A stretch of 63,215 nt of DNA, the filler included, from Sluysia triapertura (lineage: Eukaryota): the NCBI GenBank assembly GCA_046118255.1. It is 5 parts of 5 records of this genome, joined end to end, with 100 filler letters (N's around TTAATTAATTAA, not from the genome) between each part and the next. Parts side by side here need not be neighbours in the genome. Positions count along the whole stretch, not along the records: positions 52,419 to 63,215 come from JBJNIA010193338.1; 4 more parts are not named here. One strand, written 5' to 3'. The notes beneath the pieces were generated by a model. It made no database searches and had not been told where the DNA came from. It saw only the letters and a list, made by a program, of their open reading frames with translations. Of the stretch, positions 52,652-63,215 are shown piece by piece. A program made the position numbers and the translations under genes. The number at the start of each line of letters is the position of its first letter. Positions within the stretch are counted from its first letter, which is position 1.

Positions 52652-53425
52652 ACAGTAAACTCCCGATTATTTGTGCGCGGATTAACCTTGGATAATATTT
52701 AGAAAATGCATAATTGTTTAAGTAAATATGCATCTATTTATTTTAAGAAGTACAATTTTAATTTTATTGATTTTAAAATTTTTACCACCTAATGTAACAT
52801 CTTTAATTAAACCCATCGATCAAAGAGTTATCACTTTAATGAATCGCCATTATCGCAGTGATCTTCTTAGAAGCTTTTGCAGGGAGAATGAGACAAATTA
52901 ATGAATTTATGGAAAAAAAATGACAATGTTGGATGCAATATATGGAGCTGCTAAATCTTGGAACAAAATTAAGCTAATAAGACCAGTTCGATCGTGGTTG
53001 GAAATTATGTCAAATGCAGAAAATAAAAAATTTAAGTGGCTTTGAAAATGTTGATTACCAAATATTGATTCATCTGATCCAGGATTCCAGATACAGAGTG
53101 ACACGGACATTATTTCAAATCCAAATGAAAATGAAAGTAAGGTATAAGATATTACCAATCGTATTAGTCACGACAAGGCACTGACTTCTGTCGACACTTT
53201 ACTAGAATACGTCGATGAATGGAGCTTCGAATATAATATCTTTAAGAAAAATTCGAGATAGTATTAAAATGTCATCGAGAAATTCGCATAAGCAAACCAA
53301 AATTATCGAATTTTTAATAAAGCATCGAATGCATTTTCATTGTTTTTGTCTTATACTAGTATTTTTTTATTATTTTGCGGATTATCTGTACCGACTCTCC
53401 CCATTATTAGCAGATACAGAAACGT
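52652..53425 (+). mobile_element. Internally deleted pogo/Tigger element
   Basis: TA-CAGTAAACTCCCG terminus; FLPPNVTSLIKPIDQRVI..RHYR (cf. FLPPNTTSLIQPMDQGVI) and C-terminal KQTKIIEF. Confidence 0.88.
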
Positions 53426-54235
53426 AATTGTTATTTTTAATAAATTATTTTTTAGATTTTCAAATCATGAATGAAGGTGGAATTAGTGCCAAAGAATATA
53501 AAACCATATACTTAAAGTGGACTATAATAAAATACCTAGCAAATAATAAACTTACTATTATATTACAATTGGGGACACAGTTTTGTACCGAATAGAATAG
53601 ACCTCAGTTAACGTTAATATATTATAATATACGCAAAACGCCAAATGAATTACTGTAAGGTAAAAACATCGAATTAATTTTGGTAAGAAAGCGAATTTTA
53701 AGTCGTGTCATGCAACGGTACCTTGCTAAAATATATTTTGCCATAGGGTAACATTAAAAACCACAGTAAAATTAATTAGACACAACATAACCCATTACGT
53801 AATTAATTAAACTAAAACTAGATCTTAATTATAAGATCATATTAACGACCTTAAACCTAGGATGATAGATTTATCACTTCCAATTACATTGCTTGATTTA
53901 TTATTGACATAATATAATATCAAAATAACTTATTTTAACAGTATTATAGTTAAATTTTGCTAATCATTACAAATTATATCTAAGAACTAAAACATGTAAA
54001 ACCTCCACTATCATAGTCACAAAGTCCTGTGCTAATTTGTACATCAGTGAAAGATTACAGTTAATCATTACAATTTCCATTTTAATTATATAAATCATAA
54101 TTTAGTATTAAAGTATGTTCGTACCAAACACCTTTACATAACCACTTAATTGCATCATAAATTACAAGCCGAATCAAGATAATTTATTGACAAATATAAA
54201 CACAACAAATTCAATTTGTCGAAAAATATTGCTTT

Positions 54236-55897
54236 TCATCCCTTCAACGATTCAAGCCCAGCACGCATCATTTCATCAACCAACAACAAATTAGTCGCAA
54301 TGACACAAGACGAGTCCAAAATTTGCTTTTTGACGCAGTAATTGTCATATACTCCATTTTCGTGAGGTCGCATAGGTTCTCCACTATCTAAATCGATTCC
54401 TACGGCAGTTTCACCAGTTATTTTCACATCTCCACTACTCTCAATTTTACGAGATTCGTGCAACAATTTCACCTCAGAATCTTTAACATCGAATCCGGAA
54501 TTTTGAGCTAACACTCTTAAAATTACAAGTAAAGCATTTGCGAACGCTACAACACCGTATACAACACGACCACTCAAACTTTCACTATATTTCATCAAAT
54601 CTAAATAAGCACAAACTTCAAAAGCACCTGCTCCAGGAATTACACAACCATCATCAATCGCATTTTTCACCGCCTTTAATCCATCATTGATTGCATCTTT
54701 GATTTGAGTTAAAGTATGACGATGAGGACCTTTAATTAACAAAGTTACAGATAAAGGATTCTTACAATTTTCAACAAAAGTAAATTTTTCATCACCTAAA
54801 GTATATTCATAAACCAAGCCAGCTTTTCCTAAACAATCTTCACTCAATTCATCAACTGAATTAATTGCAAATCCACCACAAGCTAAGGCTAATCTTTCCA
54901 TATTTCTTCTTTTTGCACGACGCAAACCCAAAATACCCTCTTTAGCCAGCATATCTAATGATAATGGATCAATACCTTTTTGATTGATTACAACAAAAGT
55001 TGATTTAACTTTTGAATCTGCTTTATCGCAAACTTTTCGTTTAAGTTCCACTATTTTTCTCACTCTTTCATCGATAAATTCTCGTTCAGCTTGTACTAAC
55101 TTTTCTCGTTCTGCAGCACTTTTGTAAAAAAACCCACTGTTTATTTCAGTCTTTTCATATTCTAATGATACATTACATGTCAAAATAAAAGCATTTTCTA
55201 CTCTTTTTGGCATATCTGGATGTCGACCACCATGATCAAGTACAAGGCCACGAATTAAGGTACTGTCCATATCTTGTTTGTGCTGCATTTGCATAATCTC
55301 AACTCTGTGTAAATCTAATTCTTCACTAGTAGTAGGATCATATACTGCTAAAACTGAATCAACAATATCATTACTTAACTTTTCTGCCAATTCCACATTC
55401 AACTTGGTTTTAATTGAAGTTAAGGCAACTTTCACTAAAGTACTTCTGTCAAGCTTTTCGGTTTTGATTTTTAATTTATCTAATAAACTTAGACAACGTA
55501 TTTTGGCTAAATCAAATCCTTCCGTAATAATTCTGGGATGTAATTGTTGAATAATCAATCCATCATACATTAAACCATCAGCTTGTCTTAATAATTCTGC
55601 AATCATGAGAACAATACTCGTAGTACCATCTCCAGTAATATCATCTTGGGCTGTAGCTACACGAGCTATTAAACTTGCAGTTGGATGTTTAATCTGCATT
55701 TCTTGAAGACAGACATTACCATCTTTAGTAAGTTTAATATCACCTGCACCCGAAACCAACATTTTTAGAGTTCCCTTCGGTCCCAAATTTGATTTCAAAA
55801 CATCATACAAACCTTTAGCTGCTGTTAAATTAATATTAAATGCATTCTGAGATTTTGCATATTCTGCTTTAGGATTTAAAGCTGCAATTGATGCCAT
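54236..55897 (-). CDS. CCT6: T-complex protein 1 subunit zeta (chaperonin CCT6), full length, single exon, 553 aa
   Basis: [85 protein letters not shown]; uninterrupted ORF. Confidence 0.97.
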   Translation of the reverse strand: MASIAALNPKAEYAKSQNAFNINLTAAKGLYDVLKSNLGPKGTLKMLVSGAGDIKLTKDGNVCLQEMQIKHPTASLIARVATAQDDITGDGTTSIVLMIAELLRQADGLMYDGLIIQQLHPRIITEGFDLAKIRCLSLLDKLKIKTEKLDRSTLVKVALTSIKTKLNVELAEKLSNDIVDSVLAVYDPTTSEELDLHRVEIMQMQHKQDMDSTLIRGLVLDHGGRHPDMPKRVENAFILTCNVSLEYEKTEINSGFFYKSAAEREKLVQAEREFIDERVRKIVELKRKVCDKADSKVKSTFVVINQKGIDPLSLDMLAKEGILGLRRAKRRNMERLALACGGFAINSVDELSEDCLGKAGLVYEYTLGDEKFTFVENCKNPLSVTLLIKGPHRHTLTQIKDAINDGLKAVKNAIDDGCVIPGAGAFEVCAYLDLMKYSESLSGRVVYGVVAFANALLVILRVLAQNSGFDVKDSEVKLLHESRKIESSGDVKITGETAVGIDLDSGEPMRPHENGVYDNYCVKKQILDSSCVIATNLLLVDEMMRAGLESLKG

Positions 55898-57365
55898 GGT
55901 TTTCTCGAATTATCCAATCAATGAAATTTAAATTTAAATTAAATGAAACAATTTTTACTTTAATCTGAAAAAACAAACTAATAAAACGTGTATTAAATCT
56001 AAATAATTTTAATTTATTTAAAATAAAATAAAATTATAAGCAATTTTACTAATCAAGAAAATAAAATAATAAAAAGAAAATAATGAATAATCTACTTTAA
56101 ATTTGAACAGCTTTGACTTACATATATTTTTTGTCATTTTTAGATAATCATTAAATGTTAATGCACTTCTCAGCAGTGAAATTAATTTAAAATGCATTAC
56201 TAAAGTTTAGAGATTAAAATAAGCTATGTTATTAAAAACGAATCCATGTCATGCTCAAATCTATATGAAAAGATCCTAAATGGATTTTAATATATTTAAC
56301 CGAATTTTAGATTTACATGAAGTAAACAAGTGATGCGATTTTTCTTATTCTTATCTGCGGAAAAATAAATTTTAGTATAGTCTGGTTGAAGTATACAACT
56401 TACGACGTAAATAAGGTGCACCTGTAACTAAAAGTGATAAGATTAACTGCATATCTCTAAATCTTAGTTTCTGTATTAGATTTTAATTTAATTGTACCTA
56501 CTCCGTAGAAAAATTATATTTTGTATACTGACTTTGTAAATTTAATTCATTTTTCAATTAACTTACAATGATTATTTCATAAATTAACAAGTGAACAATC
56601 TTTTAACTAAAAATTATATATAAAATAAATATAAAACAATAATACAATTAAGGCGCCAGATACACAAGATAGAAAGATTGAGAAGATTTTAAAATTAAAA
56701 CTTGTTAGGACTTTAATTTTTCAAAACTTCTAATTTTAAATGATAATTTAAATTATAATTAACAGGAGATTGGTAGGAAACATATGACCATATGAATTCC
56801 CCTTTGGTACTTCGAAACAACTATAAAAAACAACTTACAATATTAATTTATCTTATTTTCTAAGAAACATTCTAGAATTTAACTCGTTTATGATTGGCTA
56901 TTGGCTTATATAAGTAGCTGAAGTTAATCATAAGTCCTCACTAGTTATTGGTTAATTGTTGTTTTTCTTGTTTTTTTGAGCTGGTTCATTAGTACAAATA
57001 ATATTAATGGCTGCATAATTCTAAATTGGTATCGAATTTTTCAAATTCCGCAATTTGGATTGCTGACGAGGAGCTTTACTGATCAGTTTGTATCTTAAAT
57101 TTCCAGGCAAAGTTGCTTTTTATAAGGTTGTTTTCATTTTTCCTGTTGAAGTAAAAATATTAAAATGCACTTAAAATCTATGTAAAAGATATTTTTTTAT
57201 CGTGATGTAATAAGGAGAATAATTTACAGTTAAATTCATTTATATATTGAAAAAATTAAAGATCTTACTTGATTTTAATTTTAAAATATTAATTATTTTT
57301 ATTTGTTCTGTCTATTTTATTTTGGTATTTCAGTGTTGTGTCTTTAATAGATTTTAAGTTGTTTG

Positions 57366-57431
<66 letters not shown>

Positions 57432-57435
57432 GAAG

Positions 57436-58341
57436 TGTTAGGATGTCCAACCGTGCAATAGGAGATGAGTAAGGACATATAGAACTATAAAGTCATGGAA
57501 GAACTGATACAAAGTGATGGATTGAACATTATAAACATTCTTGAAATAAGAATCATGAAAAGAAAACATTTATAATGATGTTAATAGCTAAAGAATATCT
57601 TAAGGGTTTGAGACCTTATGGAAGCTTGAGATAAACTTTAAAAACCTTTAGGAGCATTAAGTTACCTTTGAACTAGTGAACCTTTAGATCATTTAAGACC
57701 TTAGTAACCTTTAAGTATCTTGGAACATCGATAAGCATTTGAGATCCTTTATTAATCTTATAAAGTGATTAAAATCTTTAAAATAATTGAGAAATAAAAT
57801 CATTGTTATTGATATTAAGAATAAATCTAGTATAGTAATAATTAACATGAATAAGTAGAATAAGGAATCAGAGAGGCGAATGTGAAAACATATAGAGCCT
57901 ACTGAATGCCTTATAAACTACTAAATAACTTTAGAACCTTAATATAACCTCTAAACATAGAATAAGATTAAGTCTAAAAATAGATTAATTAATTAAAATC
58001 TTAATTAACCTAATTAAGAAAAGTATATTTTTTGTGAATAACTTTTGAATGTGAATGCTATGTTGAATTTGAAACTGTGTATATATTTGTTTTAAAAGAC
58101 CTTTCGATTAAGGTACGGTTTGAACATGTTCATGTAAGGAAAGCCTTAATATTGAGCAAAGTCAAATTTTAATTAAATTTTAATTATGGAATTTTGGATT
58201 TTTAATACTTAGAGTGATGGAGATATGATGAATGGAATATGAGATGATTGCTATGAAAGAGGAGAATCTTTAAGTGAGTTTGAAATGTTTTTAGAATTGT
58301 TCGTTTGAGAATAAGAACCTTAAAACATTTTTTATTAGACA
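57436..58341 (+). mobile_element. Putative LTR (~0.9 kb, TG...CA) followed by a TGG primer-binding-site-like sequence
   Basis: Starts TGTTAGGATG, ends ..TAGACA, then AT-TGGGTGTGAAAC; 3' half repeated at 51858-52245. Boundaries are inferred. Confidence 0.5.
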
Positions 58342-59669
58342 ATTGGGTGTGAAACGTACGATTGACGCACAACGTTTTATTGTGAAATATTTCTGTGTGA
58401 AATAAATTTATTATTTCCTGAATTTTATCGTTAAATTAAATTGACAAATTATGATATTATTATAAAAGCAGTGTAACAATGATTTTAAATTTTAATTAGA
58501 TGGTATTAAGAAGATAAGGGATTTTTTTCACAAATCCCACTATCTTTATATAATTGGAATGATAATAAAGTTGAACAAAGACGAAATTGCTGTCGACATT
58601 TAATCGGCGAAAGTATTCGGCTTATTACCGACTAAAAGAGAATAGACAACTTTAATTTCCGTCTTGTTCAATTTCTTATTTTTAATTTCCTGAAAATATC
58701 ATAATCAGTTACAATTTTGCATAAAGTTAGAAAGCAGAAAAGAGATAGAGATAAGCATTAAGAAGATTAAAGAAAACTTTCTAGCTGCAGGGACGTTGCT
58801 TCATTTCATCAGTAGATATTTACTTAGAAATCAGCTAGTTAGTGAATTATTTTGTATTAATACGGATGCGGTTGTGGTTTGTTTTTTAAAGAATAATTTA
58901 TATCTTTTGTGATAATTCTGAATTTGTTTAATTATTGAGTTTTTAATTGATAATTTGTAAAAATAAAAAAAGATACAAAAGACATAACAAATCTATGTAA
59001 CTAGAAACTTACTACTTGAAAATTAATCGATAAAAATGATTTGATTTAGTTTTGTGGATTTTCGAATACTGATATTGACGAATCTTAAGGATTAAAGTTA
59101 TTCAACCGTTGCAAATTTAACTCAAAAAATTTGAAGAATTGTAAATATCAAAAAATTGTAAAAATCAAAATTGTGAGTGAAAACTATAAAATAATTGCTA
59201 TGTATCTTCTTTAAAAAGTCCATTAGTATCTATTTTATAATCTAGAATCCATTAATGTATATTAATTTTATTTTCACAAATTTCATCAATTTAATTGACT
59301 ATTTCATTAATATCGATTAATTTAATGAATTATTTTATTTTATTTATTTCGTTTTATTTATTTATTTCGTTAATTTAAGAGATTTCTTTTTTTCATAAAT
59401 TCCTAATTAATTTTAAAATTTGTATTTTTTTATTTTAATTAAAATTTGTAGATAATACTTATAATATTTTATAATAAAAATACAAATTTTAATACAAAAA
59501 ATAAACTTCTTTTTACATATATTATTATTATCATTACAATTATTATTACTATTATTATTATTATTATGTTTATCATCGTTCAAATTAACTTTCTTTTCAG
59601 TTTTGACAATACTAACATCTGGAATATCATCCATAAAATTTAATGAATTCAAAATTATCGACATAAGTC

Positions 59670-60195
59670 TTACGCATTGGCCATCACCTTAACGATCACG
59701 ATGATACAACACGATCAATAATGTCACCAATTTCAATATCTCTATCGTTTAAACAAGAATCACCAAAAGAATCTCTAAAATACGATAATTCAAGTGATGA
59801 TAATTATAATAGAGAAATATCTGAAGCAACCACGTCAGTAATGGAAAATGGTCAATATTGTACTACTCTAGTTTCTAGATGAGCTAAATTAATTTCTATA
59901 ACTGATCATTTTTAGTTTAGTAATGAAACTTTATATCTAATTGATGTTTACGGAGAATTTAGACTTCATTTTATGAAAGTAGTTATGAAGCTTGAAATAA
60001 AAAGTGGAGCTATTGATTTGCAAGATTTTAAGCTATCAAAGAAGTGTTTATCTTCATCTACTAAAATGATACGGATTGAAATTCCATCTAATTCATTGAC
60101 GAAAATTGTTGATATTGAAGTAGTTAATAAAATTAACGAAAGTTTTGCTAAGAATATTTATGTTATAATTGATAATACATTTTTATTACAACTTT
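59670..60195 (+). pseudogene. CTH: Cystathionine gamma-lyase (CTH) pseudogene, N-terminal half, intronless
   Basis: RSIMSPISISLSFKQESP..YCTTLVSR*..LIDVYGE..STKMIRIEIPSNSLTKIVDIE..IYVIIDNTFL parallels CTH RAVVPPISLSTTFKQGAP..YCLAFASG..MDDVYGG..ETKLVWIETPTNPTQKVIDIE..LVVDNTFM. In-frame stops; ends before the PLP lysine. Confidence 0.82.
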
Positions 60196-63138
60196 GTCAA
60201 TTAACTTTAAATCATGTTGTTTACGTAACAATGTATTTATTAACAAAACATGTCAAAATTAATAAAAGTGTTTCGATAAGAATATAAATGTTGTATTTGA
60301 TAATACGATTTTATCAACAGCTTTTAAACAACCTTTAAATCATGATGCTTAAGTAACAATTCATTTATAAACGAACTATATGAATGTTATTCAATACCTC
60401 ATGACAATCTTTACAAATGTAAACTGAAAACATCAATATGATATAATTGACACAAATGGCAGTTTCATTATTATCTCGGCACGATACAATACATCGATTA
60501 TCGGAAGAACATTTGGCGAATCGTGATTCAGCTCCATAGATGAAAAACTATGTTATTTGCCACTTCAAGTACGATATTTTAAATTTTATTCTGATTCCTT
60601 TTTAGTTGATTTTTATTCTTATTTCGATACCTTTAAAGTCCTGCCTACAAAATGTTCAGTGATGTTCCGATATTTTATGCTATATAAATTATCATCATTT
60701 GAATGTTTAAATATAGCTCAGCTAAAGTACATGTTTAATAAATGCTTTTTACATTATTTTTCTTATTCATTTTTTGATAAAGTTAATTTAAGTCTTAGAA
60801 TGCATAAAAGAAGTTTTAATAGATGTAATTTAATAATGAAAGTTAATAATTATTATTCAATTGAGCTAATACTAAATAAATCTAAATCTTATTTTAATAA
60901 CCGCACACCAAATAAATTTAATCAATTCAATAATTATCATTTTTGTAACTTCACACCAAATGCTTAAGTTTGTATGTAAACTTAAGTCAATAATATACTA
61001 TTTACAATAATAAGTAGTATATTATTGATAAAAATTAACTAAACAAAGACGTTAAGTTTTTAGTAACTTATTGGTTTTAGACATTATTTTGCTTTTTTTA
61101 TGTTGAATGCTATAAACGTATTCAACAAAGAAAATATGACTCATTATTTATCACAACTAAATTTTTTTATTTATTATTATTTTATAAAATTATTTTATTT
61201 ATACTGAAGTAAGTTTTGCTATTAATATAATTAATGTGTTTTAGTATGAAGTAACAGAAGAAGAAATGTGATTTTTGGAAAGTTGTCAAAGAACAAGATA
61301 GTTCAGAAATCAAAAATATTGAGAAGTAATTTTTTATTAAATTAAATTTTAGATTATTTACAAATGGCAAACAAATCGAAATTGGAAATAACATGAAGAA
61401 GGTATATTGAGAAATTCGTAAGGGAGGTATAATAATAATACAGGAAGAATTTATATAAAATGAAGGAAAAACAGTAAAACATTGTTAAATTAAGAATGAT
61501 GAAGATGAAAATATCTGCATTCATTTTGGAAATTGAAGAATACCTTAGAATTCCAAAGACTGAAGAGAAGGCCTGAAATTGGCTTGGACACTCTTCCCGA
61601 TTAAATTTTTAAAATATTTAAGCATCATTACTTTTTTAAACTTTCTAGATATTGATATTTTTACTGTTTGTTGCGTCACTCCTGGTTTTTTAAGATATAT
61701 TGTTATATCCTTGATACTATTATAAACGTTATTGTTAATCTCGTCATTTTAGTTATTTTTAGTATTGTTTATAATTGGAGATTTATAATAATAATAATTT
61801 GTATTAGATTTTTGTTTAACCATTAAATTACTGTGCTGTTCTTATTAATTTGATTTTCCAAAACTTAATTTTGGGATGAATATTTATTATCGGAATAAGA
61901 GAATAAGTGAAAACTTATACTTGATATAGTGAGTATTTAAATCATTGAGATACTTTTTAAGTTAATTAAATTGACATGACTTATCGTAGCTAATAATTTT
62001 CAAAGACGCAACATTTATAGAATGTTGTTTATTTGTATATCATTATTTTATTTTCACTAAATCAAACTTACCTAAGCAAAATGTACCTTAATGGTTATGG
62101 GTTTACATAGAGTATGCGGTTTACTTTTACTTTACTTAATTAATTATAATTTTTTCTTGTATGCTAAATTCAATAATTTGTTCAAGCCTTTTTCTTCTAA
62201 TAACTTAAGGGTCTAATTATTGTTACTGATAGTTGATCTGATTCTTATTCTTAAATTATTGATTAATAATAATAAGTAAGGAAAACTTAACTTGAATAAA
62301 CTTAGGGATTTTAATAAAAAATTTCCAAAATCAAAGTGTTTCTAGAATCGATAATAATATGAATTCTTCAAAATCAAATGTCGCTGCTGATTGATATGTA
62401 AATCTACTAAGGTTATAAGAAGATTGATAAGTATTGTTAAATAATTTTTGTGGCTATTCGCAAAAATACTCTTCTTTATATACTTATTTAATTTAATCAT
62501 AAATACATTTTTTACACGATTTTAACTAAAACAAACATAAATTAAACTAATTTTAATTTAAACAAATTTAAAATTTAATAAGATATTATAAGTAAAAGTA
62601 ATCTGACACATTTAATGTATCTTCGAGAAACTACATTACCTATGAATTTAACTTTAATGCCTGATACAAAAATATTTAGGGGAAGAAAATTATCAACAAA
62701 TAATGAAGAAAATTATTTTATTATGCAAAATTATTTTATTATTTCTATGGGTTTGTCTATAATCTATGATTTATATTTTTGTGAAAGATCTATCAACGAC
62801 ATTCTAGCTACTCATATTTATTACTTTTTTCTACTTTGATTCGTGTAAACTTCAATTAAGAACTTTCGGTTGATCATAAATATTTTATGATAATTTTAAT
62901 AATACAACGTGATTTTCTTAACAATGACTTATAGTTTGTAATTCTAGTTAATAACAATAACTATATTAACAAGAGCGACTAGAATGACACTACTCTAGTT
63001 TATTAAAACCTAATGAATAAATTATACTTTTAAAAATGATTTTATTACTATCGTATTAAGATAGCAGAAATACTTACAGTTTATACTTACCTTTTAGAAA
63101 AGAATCGATCGAACAAGTTTGTCATAGATTAACATGGA

Positions 63139-63215
63139 TTAACCCTTTGACTACCAATGGGACGATGGGTCCCACAGAAACTATGTTCTACATCAGTAGG
63201 TTAAAAGTAGCTTTA
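63139..63215 (+). mobile_element. piggyBac-type terminus (TTAA-CCCTTTGACTACC…), runs off the window
   Basis: Near-identical inverted match to 28480-28554. Confidence 0.85.

Noticed and set aside
51858-58353. Direct repeats flanking CCT6 as an LTR element that captured the gene
   Set aside because: An artificial linker separates them, and both copies have the same PBS-like 3' flank, so they are not a 5'/3' LTR pair.
60370-60530. WD40-like fragment FAKCSSDNRCIVSCRDNNETAIC on the minus strand
   Set aside because: Too short and degenerate to call as a feature without a search.
28480-63215. The two piggyBac ends as one 35-kb composite transposon
   Set aside because: The ends face outward and lie in different linker-separated segments.

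Overview
Very AT-rich, repeat-dense animal genomic DNA. The protein similarities I recall are compatible with an invertebrate such as a flatworm, but the organism cannot be fixed from this window. The window is five segments joined by artificial 100-bp N44-TTAATTAATTAA-N44 linkers, so adjacency across linkers is not trustworthy. Host genes: one intact intronless CCT6 (chaperonin zeta), the last two exons of CPSF1, four phase-compatible 3' exons of a CEP350-like gene, the first coding exon of an STK17/DRAK-like kinase, and the last exon of a TLCD4/TMEM56-like gene. Decayed host-gene copies: eIF4A with a 105-bp tandem amplification, KXD1, cystathionine gamma-lyase, and a UBFD1-like ubiquitin domain. 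Mobile DNA: pogo/Tigger, Tc1/mariner, hAT, piggyBac ends and MITEs, a probable Maverick/Polinton polB relic, LTR-like repeats and a tRNA-like element. Two observations stand out. (1) A decayed Gypsy-like element carries gag, a ubiquitin-like domain and a chuvirus-type glycoprotein (env), with no recognisable pol. (2) A ~50-nt dispersed motif occurs five times, shows compensatory base changes consistent with a conserved RNA hairpin/pseudoknot overlapping a splice-donor-like GTGAGT, and fits no ribozyme class I know. All homology calls are from motif recognition by eye; no searches were run.
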